Positions 18,389 to 29,555 are shown, counted from the stretch's first letter. The stretch: 64,000 nt of DNA from Candidatus Dadabacteria bacterium (GCA_040289575.1 PSLL01000006.1:1-64000), one strand, 5' to 3'. Notes: generated by a model not told the origin, from the letters alone. Made by a program: numbers and translations.

Positions 18389-20299
18389 GTGTGTGGGATT
18401 ACAGGATTCTGGGACTTTAGAAAAATAACTACAAAAGCCGATCTCCTGAAGATGACAGATACTCTGGCACACAGAGGACCGGATGATTCCGGTATATTCT
18501 TCGACTTTAAACAAGGAGTGGGACTCGGCCATAGGAGGCTTGCTATCATTGACCTCTCTTCCCAAGCAAAACAACCCATGGGAAATGACTCCGGCTCTAT
18601 ATGGGTTACATTCAACGGAGAGATTTATAACTATCGACAGATAAGAGAAGAACTGGTTTGCAATGGACATCAGTTCAGAACCAATTCTGACACCGAGGTA
18701 ATTCTAAGGGCATACGAACAGTGGGGTATTGAGTGTATATCACGGTTTAGAGGCATGTTTGCATTCGCACTTTGGGACATCAAACACAATAAACTGTTTC
18801 TTGTACGAGACCGTCTCGGTGTAAAACCACTTTACTACTACTGGGATGGTCATCTGCTCCTATTTGCATCGGAACTAAGGGCTCTTGAGGTCTATCGTGA
18901 GTTTAAGAGGGATTTAGACCCACAATCATTGGCACTTTACCTGAGGTTCGGGTATGTGCCATCTCCCCGGTGCATATATGCAAATACACATAAGGTGCGC
19001 CCTGGATGTTATCTAGAGGTATCCTCAGAGGGTTCATTAAGTGAAGTATGTTATTGGAATCTCTTTAAATTCTCCGAGGCCCCCATTATAGAGAGATCAG
19101 AGTCGGAGATTGAGCAGGAGTTGGTGTCAATACTGTGTGAGGCTTTTTCATACAGATTGGTATCGGATGTGCCCGTAGGGATATTCCTAAGCGGTGGGAT
19201 TGACTCATCCCTGGTAGCAGCCATATTGAAGTGTGAGTTAGGCAAGTCACTGCAGGCACTCACAGTAGGTTTTGACGAGGCGGAAAAAGACGAGTCTTTT
19301 TGGGCAAGAGCCGTAGCCCGGCACCTAGGGATGGAACACACAGAGGTACGCTGTTCACTACAGGAGGCAATTGAGATTGTGCCTAAGCTTTCGGATATAT
19401 ACGATGAGCCCTTTAGTGACAACTCGGCAATTCCCACATATTTAATATGCAAGACAGCAAGGGACTATGTAAAGGTTGTGCTCTCCGGTGATGGTGGAGA
19501 TGAATTCTTCTGCGGATATAATTTCTATACAGAATATAACTCCTTCTGGGGAAAAATATCCGCTATACCAATACCGCAACCGGTGCTTTCAAGGGCTGGA
19601 CGCTCGGGTTGCATGGCATTGGGAACAAAGATCTTTAATCTCTTTTGTCGTCTTTTCCTTCATGCAGATGCTTATAGTTTAAGTGATAAAATAAACAGAT
19701 GGTATCCTATACTTACAGCACCCAACTTTGTTGAGGCATACGTTTTATCAAGAAGCATCTGGTCCCAAGAGCAACTAAAATATCTTGCACCGGATCTCCA
19801 ATCAGATATTCCATTCAAAGATTTTCCTAGAATTGACTGTGATCCTATTGCGGCGATGATGCTATTTGATGCTAAGATATACCTCCCAGATGACCTACTC
19901 GTGAAGATAGACAGAGCCAGTATGTCGGTAGGACTAGAAGTAAGAGAACCTCTCTTAGACCACAAATTAGTCGAATATGCCATCTCCCTACCACTCAAAT
20001 ACAAATACTCAAACAAGAAAACCAAATACATACTCAAACGTATCTTATACAAATATCTGCCAAGGGATTTGGTAGATAGACCAAAGAGAGGGTTTGGTGC
20101 CCCTCTGGAACAGTGGTTATTAAATGGTTCACTGAAGTCTGTTGTTCTGGATTATCTAAATCCGAGGAGAATTCGAGAGCAGGGGATATTCTCTTCTGTA
20201 TACATACAGAGGATGATGGATGATTTTAGGCAAGGTGTCTGGATCAACCCAAATAAGATTTGGAATCTGGTTGCATTTGAACTGTGGTATGAGAGGTGA
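18389..20299 (+). CDS. asnB: Asparagine synthase-like amidotransferase, copy 2 (identical protein)
   Basis: 636-aa translation identical to 7935-9845. Confidence 0.93.
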   Translation: MCGITGFWDFRKITTKADLLKMTDTLAHRGPDDSGIFFDFKQGVGLGHRRLAIIDLSSQAKQPMGNDSGSIWVTFNGEIYNYRQIREELVCNGHQFRTNSDTEVILRAYEQWGIECISRFRGMFAFALWDIKHNKLFLVRDRLGVKPLYYYWDGHLLLFASELRALEVYREFKRDLDPQSLALYLRFGYVPSPRCIYANTHKVRPGCYLEVSSEGSLSEVCYWNLFKFSEAPIIERSESEIEQELVSILCEAFSYRLVSDVPVGIFLSGGIDSSLVAAILKCELGKSLQALTVGFDEAEKDESFWARAVARHLGMEHTEVRCSLQEAIEIVPKLSDIYDEPFSDNSAIPTYLICKTARDYVKVVLSGDGGDEFFCGYNFYTEYNSFWGKISAIPIPQPVLSRAGRSGCMALGTKIFNLFCRLFLHADAYSLSDKINRWYPILTAPNFVEAYVLSRSIWSQEQLKYLAPDLQSDIPFKDFPRIDCDPIAAMMLFDAKIYLPDDLLVKIDRASMSVGLEVREPLLDHKLVEYAISLPLKYKYSNKKTKYILKRILYKYLPRDLVDRPKRGFGAPLEQWLLNGSLKSVVLDYLNPRRIREQGIFSSVYIQRMMDDFRQGVWINPNKIWNLVAFELWYER

Positions 20300-20306
20300 T
20301 AGAGGT

Positions 20307-20376
20307 ATGAAAATATCAGTATCGTCAAAAAGGCTTTGGTTTGTGAATCTCATAATACTGGTCGTGTCTGTAATCA
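20307..20376 (+). pseudogene. Truncated 5' fragment of the SGNH hydrolase carried by the duplication
   Basis: MKISVSSKRLWFVNLIILVVSVI, then the repeat ends and a stop follows. Confidence 0.85.
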
Positions 20377-20463
20377 GATAGAACTGCAACAATCCCAGAT
20401 CGCGAACCTCAAAAATTAATCTCTTTCCCCATCCAAAGCCACTAATTGAAATTCCCTTATATT

Positions 20464-20491
20464 TTGACCTCCAATAAAACTAAAGTAAAAT
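20464..20491 (+). promoter_or_regulatory. Sigma70-like promoter of the two-component operon
   Basis: TTGACC-N16-TAAAAT. Confidence 0.5.
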
Positions 20492-20513
20492 AGTTTTGAG
20501 TTTGGAATAAGAG

Positions 20514-21185
20514 ATGCGCATTTTAATTGTAGAAGATGATAAGAAGACCGCAGCCTACCTCTCTAAGGGGCTATCGGAGAGCGGATTTATTGTAGACACC
20601 ACAGATAAGGGGGAGGAGGGGCTTCGCCTTGCATGCACATTGGATTACGACCTCATCATCCTCGATGTAATGCTCCCGGGACGGGACGGATGGTCGATTA
20701 TTACCGAGATAAGACGCAGCGGCAAGCAAACCCCCGTTCTGTTTCTGACTGCGCGTGACTCGGTTCAGGACCGAGTCAAAGGGCTAGAACTCGGCGCAGA
20801 TGACTACTTAATAAAGCCCTTTGCATTCTCAGAACTCCTTGCCCGAACGCGTTCAATACTCCGTCGCAGTCCTGTGCGCCAGCCCGAAATACTGCGCATA
20901 TCAGACCTAGAGATTGACCTTCTGAGATACAAGGCAACACGAGGTGGAAAGCACCTTGACCTTACACCGAAGGAGTTTGCTCTTCTATCGCTTCTTGCTC
21001 GGCGTATTGGTGAGGTTCTATCAAGAACGCTTATTGCCGAGCAGGTCTGGGACATGAACTTCGACAGCGACACAAATGTAGTAGATGTGGCAGTCCGTCG
21101 TCTTCGCAGAAAAGTGGATGATCCATTCGAAAAGAAGCTCATTCACACGGTTCGCGGGGTAGGATATGTCCTCGAAGACAAATAA
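20514..21185 (+). CDS. Heavy-metal-type OmpR-family response regulator (CusR/CzcR-like)
   Basis: [36 protein letters not shown] and HTVRGVGY motifs. Confidence 0.93.
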   Translation: MRILIVEDDKKTAAYLSKGLSESGFIVDTTDKGEEGLRLACTLDYDLIILDVMLPGRDGWSIITEIRRSGKQTPVLFLTARDSVQDRVKGLELGADDYLIKPFAFSELLARTRSILRRSPVRQPEILRISDLEIDLLRYKATRGGKHLDLTPKEFALLSLLARRIGEVLSRTLIAEQVWDMNFDSDTNVVDVAVRRLRRKVDDPFEKKLIHTVRGVGYVLEDK

Positions 21186-22704
21186 TAAGAAGATTAGAAT
21201 AGCCATCTTACCTCACCGTGCATTCTGGTCATCAATAACAGGTAGGCTGACCATCTTATATACTCTATCGGCTTTTGTAATGCTTATTATATCCACCCTG
21301 TTTTTATACCGTGTGCTTGTAAGCGGTCTAGAAACAGAAGACAACGAATTCATAGACGATAAAATTCACGTTCTTCAGGATATATTGCAGAAGAATCCCT
21401 ACAATGTAGAAGCCCTAAAAGAGGAGATAAAATGGGAAAGAGCCTCCCTTGGGTCTTCTCAGTACTATATCAGGATTCTGGATGAAAAAGGGCATACTCT
21501 GATTGAAACCCCCGGTATGGATAATATAATTAATGCCTCTTTGTTTCCGCATCTAACCAATGATAGGGATCCACCGAAGGAGATAAAATGGAGATCGCCC
21601 CAAGGCAGAGCCTATTTTCTAAAAACGGCATGGGCAGAAACTACTTCCTTCCAAGATGAACATCATCCAAAGGAAATGTTAAAAAGCCTTGGGTTTGATG
21701 TTAACCCCATTCAAAGAGAAAGGAGGCTTTTGCAGATTGCCCTAGATGTATCAGATGACGAAGCCCTAGTATCAGATTATCGCCGGAAATTATTAACTGT
21801 ACTCCTCTTAGGGGTCTTATTCTCAGCCGCAGCAGGTGTCATCGTTGCCCACAAAGGAATGCACCCATTAAAAGAAATTACGAAGGCAGCCCAAAGGATC
21901 AAAGCAACCCAGCTTCATGAACGGATTAGTCCAACACGATGGCCTAATGAGCTGGCGGAACTTGCCACCGCCTTTGACGAGATGCTTGATCGTCTAGAGA
22001 ATTCCTTCAACCAGCTATCTCAATTCTCAGCAGACCTAGCCCATGAGTTACGCACACCGATCAATAACCTCATGGGTGAGGCTGAAGTAGCCCTTTCCAG
22101 AACCAGAACCATTGATGAATATAGGCATGTGCTTGAATCGAGTCTTGAGGAGTACGGTAGACTCTCACGCATGATTGATAGCTTGCTTTTCCTAGCGCGA
22201 GCCGAAAGCAGAGACACCTATATCAAACGCTCTATATTTAACGCCTTTAAAGAGATCAAAGTAGTTCAGGAGTTTCATGAATCTGTAGCTGAAGAACAGG
22301 GGATCGAGGTTACCTGCCAGGGCAATGCACTGTTAAATGCAGATCCAATCCTATTTCGACGAGCGGTAAGCAACCTTCTCTCCAATGCCATTCAGTACAC
22401 CCCACGCGGCGGGAAGGTTACGCTTTCAGTTAAGCAGATAAACAATGGATGCGTTGAAGTCAGTGTAAGCGATACGGGCTCCGGTATTGATCCGGAACAC
22501 CTTCCAAGGATTTTTGACCGCTTCTATAGAGCCGACCGTGCCCGATCCCAACACCCGCAGGGTGCAGGACTGGGATTAGCAATTGTCAAATCCATTATGG
22601 ACCTCCACGGCGGCACAGTCACAATTGAGAGCAAACCTAATGAGGGAACAACAGTTATCCTAAGATTCCCAAACAGCCTAACCCATAGGATTACACAAGT
22701 GTAA
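21166..22704 (+). CDS. Heavy-metal-type sensor histidine kinase (CusS/CzcS-like)
   Basis: 2 TMs, [27 protein letters not shown] and GLGLAI motifs. Confidence 0.93.
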   Translation: MSSKTNNKKIRIAILPHRAFWSSITGRLTILYTLSAFVMLIISTLFLYRVLVSGLETEDNEFIDDKIHVLQDILQKNPYNVEALKEEIKWERASLGSSQYYIRILDEKGHTLIETPGMDNIINASLFPHLTNDRDPPKEIKWRSPQGRAYFLKTAWAETTSFQDEHHPKEMLKSLGFDVNPIQRERRLLQIALDVSDDEALVSDYRRKLLTVLLLGVLFSAAAGVIVAHKGMHPLKEITKAAQRIKATQLHERISPTRWPNELAELATAFDEMLDRLENSFNQLSQFSADLAHELRTPINNLMGEAEVALSRTRTIDEYRHVLESSLEEYGRLSRMIDSLLFLARAESRDTYIKRSIFNAFKEIKVVQEFHESVAEEQGIEVTCQGNALLNADPILFRRAVSNLLSNAIQYTPRGGKVTLSVKQINNGCVEVSVSDTGSGIDPEHLPRIFDRFYRADRARSQHPQGAGLGLAIVKSIMDLHGGTVTIESKPNEGTTVILRFPNSLTHRITQV

Positions 22705-22744
22705 TCCTTCTCTCATTTTCTCGTCACCATATGACTGATACGAT
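22690..22744 (+). promoter_or_regulatory. OmpR/CusR-type box array plus -10 (site 2)
   Basis: ATTACA-caag-TGTAAT-N5-TCTCAT-N5-CGTCAC-N11-TACGAT. Confidence 0.75.
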
Positions 22745-22900
22745 TAGAATATTTACAATGAAAAGACGGGGGCCGTTTACCGAGTTTGCCCGAACTCTGT
22801 TTCTCTATCTAATAATCAATGCGATTTTTATTTTATTCGATGTGGTTTAAAATCCCTGTCGGCGTTTGTTAGGGCGCAGTGACAGAGAAGATATTTGTAA

Positions 22901-23881
22901 ATGAGAGTCGCGTGTATAGCAAATTCATGGATTCCCTCAGTATATGCCAATAGCATACAGGTAATGAAGATGTGTGGGGCAATTGCCAGTCTCGGACACG
23001 AGGTGACTCTCTCTATAGGTACTAATGAAAAAGAACAGATTCAACTCAAAGAAGGTGATATATTCAGCTCATACGGTGTAGAAAGAATATTCGAAATTAA
23101 AAAAATACCATTAAGAATAAATTCCATACATGCTTTCATCTCTTCGGTCTATGCCAAACTCAAGAAAACAGAGCTATGTTATACAAGAAGCATTTACGCA
23201 GCTTCCCTTATACCAAGGCAGAGAATAATTACAAAACGCAATGGAGTGGACATAGAGAGATTCAATAAACTCCCAACAAAAGAGGAACTGAGGAGAGGAC
23301 TCAATCTCCCTCAAGATAAAAGAATAATCTGCTATGCAGGAAGCCTCTACAGAGGAAGAGGAATAGAGCTTCTGCTATCGGTGTCCAGGAAACTACCCAT
23401 TGATCTACTTATGCTCATTGTCGGTGGGAGGAGGGGGGATTTAGATAGATACAAAGGTATGGCACTCAATATGGGTTGTACAAACGTAGAGTTTAGAGGG
23501 TTTGTACCAAACAGCACAGTTCCAAGGTACCTGGTGGCATCTGATGTACTAGTGATGCCATATCAGAGCAGTGCAGAAGACCCTAGCGGGCGCGTACAGG
23601 CCAATTATATGTGCCCAATGAAGATGTTTGAGTACATGGCTTCAGGTAGGCCAATAGTGGCATCAGACCTCGGTATAATAAGGGAGGTGCTCAGGGACAG
23701 AGAAAATGCCATTCTCTTCGATCCTTCAGATGAGGTGGGATTATTCAATTCGATAATGGTTGCATTGGGGGACAGGGAATTAGCTCAAAAGATTGCAAAA
23801 AATGCCCAAGAAGAGGTGAAAAAATATACTTGGACCGAGAGAGCCAAATCAGTAATTTCTTTCTCAACCGAAGAAACCTAA
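22901..23881 (+). CDS. GT4 glycosyltransferase paralog with ~48-aa in-frame internal deletion
   Basis: Close paralog of 11215 and 31985. CYTRSIYAASL is joined directly to IPRQRIITK. Confidence 0.85.
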   Translation: MRVACIANSWIPSVYANSIQVMKMCGAIASLGHEVTLSIGTNEKEQIQLKEGDIFSSYGVERIFEIKKIPLRINSIHAFISSVYAKLKKTELCYTRSIYAASLIPRQRIITKRNGVDIERFNKLPTKEELRRGLNLPQDKRIICYAGSLYRGRGIELLLSVSRKLPIDLLMLIVGGRRGDLDRYKGMALNMGCTNVEFRGFVPNSTVPRYLVASDVLVMPYQSSAEDPSGRVQANYMCPMKMFEYMASGRPIVASDLGIIREVLRDRENAILFDPSDEVGLFNSIMVALGDRELAQKIAKNAQEEVKKYTWTERAKSVISFSTEET

Positions 23882-23980
23882 ATATTTAAGAATACAAATC
23901 ATACAGATAAAAGACAGGGTCATTTTTACAATGAAGATTTTGTCGGCAGAAAATAAATATATTAAAAGAAATTCCAAAAC

Positions 23981-25405
23981 GTGTTAATGGTAAAGAAGTC
24001 GTATTTTCTGATTATTACAATTTTAATCATCTCACAGGGGTGCGCGGCATACCAACGAATGTCTCTGGATCACTCCACAGTTGCACAGAGACTAATGCCA
24101 CCAAGTATGGAGACCATTCGGATTGAGGCAAAAAAGATTAAACACCCTATATTAAAACCCATTGAATTTAACTACTGTGATGGGCTTTCTGCTGATGAAG
24201 CGGCTATTCTAGCAGTCCTTGTAAACCCTAAGCTACGCGCTATTCGTGACCAAAGAGGGATCGCGGCGGCTCAACTCATTCAAGCCGGTATCCTTCCCAA
24301 CCCACAACTCTCATATAGTCTAGATATACCTACGGGAGGAAATACACAGGGCACAATCAATGCCTTTGGTTTGGGATTCAGTTGGGATATTACCTCTATT
24401 ATTGCGCGAGGGGCAAAACTAGATGCAGCCCGAGCTCACGCCATTTCAGTAGACCTCGATGTGGCCTGGCAGGAATGGCAGATGGCAGAGGCAGCTAAGA
24501 TGCATGTGTTCCGCTTAATACTAATTGAAAAGCAATTGGCTTTATCAAGAGAATCAGAGAAAGGACTTATGGAGAATCTGGCAGTTGTTAATCAAGCATT
24601 CAATCTCGGGGAAAAGACAGTGCTGGATTTATCAGCCGCAGAGGCAGCCTTAGATCAGGCCCGACTCTCAGTGCTAACCCTGGAGCAGGAACAGGAGCAC
24701 GAGCGATTGGCACTAAATCAGACGCTGGGTCTCCCACCGGATTATATAGTCCCGATTCAAAGGGACATCGTTTTTTCCAACTGGCAGGCTCTTCCATCCG
24801 TGATAGACATTATGAACACAGTTGCAGAGCACCGTCTCGATCTTCTTGCACTCAAGATGGGATATGAAAGCCAAGAGGCAAATCTCAGGACAGCAATACT
24901 CTCACAGTTCCCTAAAATAAATATCGGTTTTCACCATTCACGCGACACAACAAATGTTGTAACCACAGGCTTTGGTATCACTTTAGATCTCCCATTTTTC
25001 GACCGCAACCAGGGTCAAATCGCCATTGAGCGGGCAACGCGCAAACAACTCTTTGATGAGTATATAGCCCGTCTATTTGAGGCACAATCAGAGGTTGCGC
25101 GTATAGTGTCAGATATAGAATCCGCCCAACAACAACTCGGCGCAATTGAGAAGTCCCTGCCGGCATTAGAACGCCTAGTTCAGACCTACCATATGGCCGT
25201 AGAGGGAAATAATGCTGATATCCTGAGTTATTATGAGGCAAGAAATACCCTGCTCTCTAAGCAGATCGATGCCCTTAGATTGAAACGCGATCTAACTGAT
25301 CTTGGTATCACCCTTGAGATCGCCGCAGGGCAATACTTCCCTGGCTATGATCTTTCCCGATCCCCTTCTCCTGAGCGAATAGATAGAAAGGAAATAACAA
25401 AATGA
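23981..25405 (+). CDS. TolC-family outer membrane efflux lipoprotein
   Basis: Lipobox SQGC, LPNP and LPFFDRNQG motifs. Operonic with MFP and RND. Confidence 0.9.
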   Translation: MLMVKKSYFLIITILIISQGCAAYQRMSLDHSTVAQRLMPPSMETIRIEAKKIKHPILKPIEFNYCDGLSADEAAILAVLVNPKLRAIRDQRGIAAAQLIQAGILPNPQLSYSLDIPTGGNTQGTINAFGLGFSWDITSIIARGAKLDAARAHAISVDLDVAWQEWQMAEAAKMHVFRLILIEKQLALSRESEKGLMENLAVVNQAFNLGEKTVLDLSAAEAALDQARLSVLTLEQEQEHERLALNQTLGLPPDYIVPIQRDIVFSNWQALPSVIDIMNTVAEHRLDLLALKMGYESQEANLRTAILSQFPKINIGFHHSRDTTNVVTTGFGITLDLPFFDRNQGQIAIERATRKQLFDEYIARLFEAQSEVARIVSDIESAQQQLGAIEKSLPALERLVQTYHMAVEGNNADILSYYEARNTLLSKQIDALRLKRDLTDLGITLEIAAGQYFPGYDLSRSPSPERIDRKEITK

Positions 25406-26526
25406 AACGAGCGAAATGGAGAACCGTCCTCGTCTTAGTCATTAGCGTTATGGTGATAGTTGTGTATATATGCTTTTTTCACATTAGTACAAAGGTTTCA
25501 ATAAAGAACAATACCAATCTCGGGGCCCAAACAACTGAAAGCCACGGGGTTTATGAACCAGTAGCTACTGTACGGGCAGTTCCAGTCAAAAAAGTGGCCA
25601 TCACAGAAAGCATTACTGCTTATGGAACGGTCATCCCAGCACCCGGGGGAATAGAGGTTATGTCTCTGCCGTTTGAAAGCCGTATCCGCCGCATCCTTGT
25701 CAGTAGTGGGCAGCGGGTCTCTAGAGGAGATGTTCTTCTCGAAATAGAACCGAGTCCTGATACACGTCTTCAAATAGAAGAGGCAAGCAATAATGCCGAA
25801 TCGGCAAAACAAGCACTCAAACACGTACAGCAGCGGTTTGATATCAAATTGGCTACCAACCAGGAACTGCTGCAGGCAAAGCAGGCATTCCAGGAAGCAT
25901 GGATACGCCTTGAAAGCCTTAAAAAGAGGGGCATTGGACAGAAGCGCCAAATCCAGTCAACTGTCGAAGGTGTTGTCAATAAGGTAGCCGTCCAAGAGGG
26001 CTCTATTGTGTCAGCCGGTGGCACGCTCCTAGAAATCCTTTCCCAAAATCGTGCTGAAGTCCGACTGGGAATTGAGCCGGAAGATGTAAAATACCTACAA
26101 GTAGATCAAACAGTTTCACTGTCTTCTGTCAACACGCCCAAATCCCGTTCTGTCATGGGTCGAATTCGCGCAATTTCGCAATCAATCAATCCAGCCACAC
26201 GTCTTATTGATGTCTTTGTTAATCTACCGGCATCCGCTAATAACCAATTCCTCCTAAATGAATATGTCAAAGGACAAATAGAGATTGCATCAAAGGTAGG
26301 GTTTATAGTTCCCCGTAATGCAGTATTGCCGGAAAACAGTGGTCATTACGTTCTATTTACTGTCAAAGACGGCCGTGCAAAAAAGCACACTGTACAAATG
26401 GGTTTAGAAGATGGAAAAGAAGTCGAGGTAATAGACAGCGGCCTTCAGCCTGGCGACCTCGTAGTAACCCTTGGCAATTATGAATTAAAGGACGGCATGG
26501 CAGTCAAATTAGAGGTCTCTCAATGA
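25402..26526 (+). CDS. RND efflux periplasmic adaptor (MFP)
   Basis: N-terminal TM, lipoyl half motifs, coiled coil, GDLVVTLG. ATGA overlaps with neighbours. Confidence 0.9.
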   Translation: MKRAKWRTVLVLVISVMVIVVYICFFHISTKVSIKNNTNLGAQTTESHGVYEPVATVRAVPVKKVAITESITAYGTVIPAPGGIEVMSLPFESRIRRILVSSGQRVSRGDVLLEIEPSPDTRLQIEEASNNAESAKQALKHVQQRFDIKLATNQELLQAKQAFQEAWIRLESLKKRGIGQKRQIQSTVEGVVNKVAVQEGSIVSAGGTLLEILSQNRAEVRLGIEPEDVKYLQVDQTVSLSSVNTPKSRSVMGRIRAISQSINPATRLIDVFVNLPASANNQFLLNEYVKGQIEIASKVGFIVPRNAVLPENSGHYVLFTVKDGRAKKHTVQMGLEDGKEVEVIDSGLQPGDLVVTLGNYELKDGMAVKLEVSQ

Positions 26527-29500
26527 AATTTACTAACTGGATATATGTCCATCGTCGTTCGATCCTTTTCTTAATGGCGGTACTGACCTTAGGTGGGCTG
26601 GCAAGCACTCTCAAACTCCCCGTAGCCCTCTTCCCCTACGTAGATTTCCCCCGTGTAGTAGTGAGCCTCGATGCCGGAGATCGTCCGGCAGAGCGCATGG
26701 TCTTTGAGGTGACCAGGCCGATTGAGGAGGCAGTGCGAGCTGTCCCCGGCGTGCGCAGTGTGCGTTCTACTACGAGTAGGGGAAGTGCCGATATATCCAT
26801 TGATTTCGACTGGGGTGAAGACATGGTAGCAGCCATGTTACAGATAGAGTCTGCAATCAACCAGGTAATGCGGGGTTTACCACAGGGAACCACATTCAAT
26901 GTGAGGCGCAGCGACCCTACGGTCTTCCCGGTGCTGGCATATAGCCTAACCTCTGACACACACTCATTAGTTGAGTTGCGTGATATTGCGCTATATCAAT
27001 TGCGGCCATTGCTTTCAACTGTAAAAGGGGTAGCTAAGGTCGGAGTTTTAGGCGGCAATCAGGAAGAATATCGGGTAACCGTAGACCCGGCACGGCTAGA
27101 TTCCTTCAGTCTGTCAATAGACGATGTGGCAAAGGCCCTTTCCGCCGCCAATGTTATTACCGCGGTAGGTCGTATGGAAGACCACTATAAGCTCTACCTA
27201 GTCATATCGGATACCCAACTGCGTAACCTAGAGCAGATTCGCGAAACTATAATACATTCGGGAGAAAACGGTGTAGTGAGATTAGATGATGTCGCTACTG
27301 TCAGCCCGGGGACAGTACCCCAGTTTACACGCGTCACCGCCGATGGCCACGATGCTGTGATCTTTCAAGTATACCAGCAACTAAACGGCAATACCGTGCA
27401 GATAGCGAATAATATAAAGAATAAGCTCAATGAATTTCGCAACCAGTTACCACTGGACATAAATATCGCCAACTGGTATGACCAGAGTGAATTGATCATC
27501 TCCTCTGCTACCAGCGTACGCGATGCCATACTTATAGGTATTGTGCTTGCGACATTAATCCTATGGCTATTCCTGCGCAACCTAAAGGTTACACTAATTG
27601 TCATAATCTCTGTGCCTAGCGTACTGGCAGCTGCCATCTTAATGCTCTACGTGTTACACATGAGCTTCAATATCATGACTCTTGGCGGCATGGCAGCAGC
27701 CGTGGGACTTATCATTGATGATACTATAGTCATTGTAGAACACATTATTCGTAGGATACGTGGGGGTACCAATGATTACAGAGATGGGATTATGAGTGCT
27801 GCCCGAGAGTTTACTAAGCCTCTTGCTGGTTCATCCGCCTCTACTATTATCATTTTTGCACCCCTGGCATTCCTCTCCGGGGTAACCGGAGCTTTTTTCA
27901 AATCGCTCTCTCTTACTATGGCCACTAGCCTCATTACCTCCTTCCTCATTGCCTGGCTGGCCACACCGCTTCTTGCGAATTACCTACTTAATCAGAAGGA
28001 TGCCAATCAAAAAGAGGGCGGTACGCTGACAGAGCAAGTACACAAGGCCTATGAGGCTATTATGCGCCGTATACTGGAACATCAATGGCTAGTGCTATTG
28101 GTTGTAGCACCATTGATTATTGTAGGTTGGCTGGGCTACAGGCAAGTTGGCTCCGGTTTTATACCGGCGATAGATGAGGGAGGCTTCGTCCTCGACTACC
28201 GGACGGCACCGGGAACCTCCCTCACAGAGACGGATCGTCTGCTGCGGCGTGTAGAGACAATTCTCCAAACAATCCCAGAGGTAAACACATATTCCCGACG
28301 TACAGGTCTGGCACTAGGGGGGTTTCTTACCGAAGCTAATGAAGGCGATTTCTTCGTACGTCTCAAGCCGTTTCCACGTCGAGGTATAGAGTCTGTCATG
28401 GATGATGTGCGTACACAGATAGAACGCTCGATTCCAGGATTAGATATTGAATTAGCCCAGCTAATGGAAGACCTCATCGGTGATCTCACAGGTGTGCCCC
28501 AACCAATTGAGATCAAACTCTATTCTGACGATGGCGAACTACTGCGTAGGCTAGGGCCGCAGGTGGCTGAAGCTATAGAGAAAATCCCAGGTGTGGTGGA
28601 TGTGCGCAGCAGCATTATTCTCGCTGGCGATGCTCTGGATATTAAGGTAGAAAGGGTAAAAGCAGCGATAGAGGGAGTGGACCCTGAATCAGTCACTCAC
28701 ATGATTTCCGACTACTTAAGCGGTGTGGTCACCACACAGGTGCAGCGTGGCCCAAAGATGATAGGGGTACGGGTGTGGATACCGGGCGATACACGCTCTA
28801 TGGAGCGTGATCTAGAGAACCTGCGCCTGCGTGCCCCGGATAGCCACCTATTTCCTCTCAAGCGCATAGCAACTATTACTACAATCACCGGTCAGCCACA
28901 GATAACGCGTGATGACCTCAAACAAATGGTCGCTGTTACAGGTCGCATCAGCGGGCGGGATATAGGTACAGTAGTCAGAGATGTCAAAAACGTATTAAAC
29001 CATCCTGGACTGGTGCCCAAGGGGGTGTACTACAGCCTAGGTGGGCTTTATGCACAGCAACAGATCGCATTCGCTGGACTTACCACCGTCTTTGTTGCAG
29101 CAATAGTTCTCGTTTTCTCACTCGTGCTTTTTCTCTATGAAAGCTTCCGTGCAACATTTGCTATCATTGCTACTACACTAATAGCCCTATCGGCAGTTTC
29201 TATCGGTCTATGGTTAACCGGCATGGAGATTAATATATTCTCCATTATGGGTATGACCATGCTTGTAGGCATTGTAACGGAGGTAGCTATCTTCTATTTT
29301 TCCGAATACAACGATTTGCCTAAAGACCTAGATAGAAATACCGCATTAATAATGGCGGGAAAGAACCGTATGCGCCCTATAGCAATGACAACACTTGCTG
29401 CCATTCTGACCCTTATGCCACTAGCTTTAAAGATTGAGCCGGGCTCCGCCATACAACAGCCATTGGCGATCGCCATTATTTCTGGGCTGGTCGTGCAATT

Positions 29501-29555
29501 ACCGCTTGTATTAATTCTATTGCCGGTTTTTCTTGCCATTCTAAGACCCAGTTGA
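26523..29555 (+). CDS. RND efflux permease (AcrB/CzcA superfamily)
   Basis: 1010 aa; GLIIDD, RMRPIAMTT and QPLAIAIISGL motifs. Confidence 0.93.
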   Translation: MKFTNWIYVHRRSILFLMAVLTLGGLASTLKLPVALFPYVDFPRVVVSLDAGDRPAERMVFEVTRPIEEAVRAVPGVRSVRSTTSRGSADISIDFDWGEDMVAAMLQIESAINQVMRGLPQGTTFNVRRSDPTVFPVLAYSLTSDTHSLVELRDIALYQLRPLLSTVKGVAKVGVLGGNQEEYRVTVDPARLDSFSLSIDDVAKALSAANVITAVGRMEDHYKLYLVISDTQLRNLEQIRETIIHSGENGVVRLDDVATVSPGTVPQFTRVTADGHDAVIFQVYQQLNGNTVQIANNIKNKLNEFRNQLPLDINIANWYDQSELIISSATSVRDAILIGIVLATLILWLFLRNLKVTLIVIISVPSVLAAAILMLYVLHMSFNIMTLGGMAAAVGLIIDDTIVIVEHIIRRIRGGTNDYRDGIMSAAREFTKPLAGSSASTIIIFAPLAFLSGVTGAFFKSLSLTMATSLITSFLIAWLATPLLANYLLNQKDANQKEGGTLTEQVHKAYEAIMRRILEHQWLVLLVVAPLIIVGWLGYRQVGSGFIPAIDEGGFVLDYRTAPGTSLTETDRLLRRVETILQTIPEVNTYSRRTGLALGGFLTEANEGDFFVRLKPFPRRGIESVMDDVRTQIERSIPGLDIELAQLMEDLIGDLTGVPQPIEIKLYSDDGELLRRLGPQVAEAIEKIPGVVDVRSSIILAGDALDIKVERVKAAIEGVDPESVTHMISDYLSGVVTTQVQRGPKMIGVRVWIPGDTRSMERDLENLRLRAPDSHLFPLKRIATITTITGQPQITRDDLKQMVAVTGRISGRDIGTVVRDVKNVLNHPGLVPKGVYYSLGGLYAQQQIAFAGLTTVFVAAIVLVFSLVLFLYESFRATFAIIATTLIALSAVSIGLWLTGMEINIFSIMGMTMLVGIVTEVAIFYFSEYNDLPKDLDRNTALIMAGKNRMRPIAMTTLAAILTLMPLALKIEPGSAIQQPLAIAIISGLVVQLPLVLILLPVFLAILRPS

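Noticed and set aside
26523..29555. Naming the pump cusA/czcA and the two-component system cusRS
   Set aside because: Only family-level similarity is visible. Metal-binding residues could not be confirmed, so substrate and signal are unknown.
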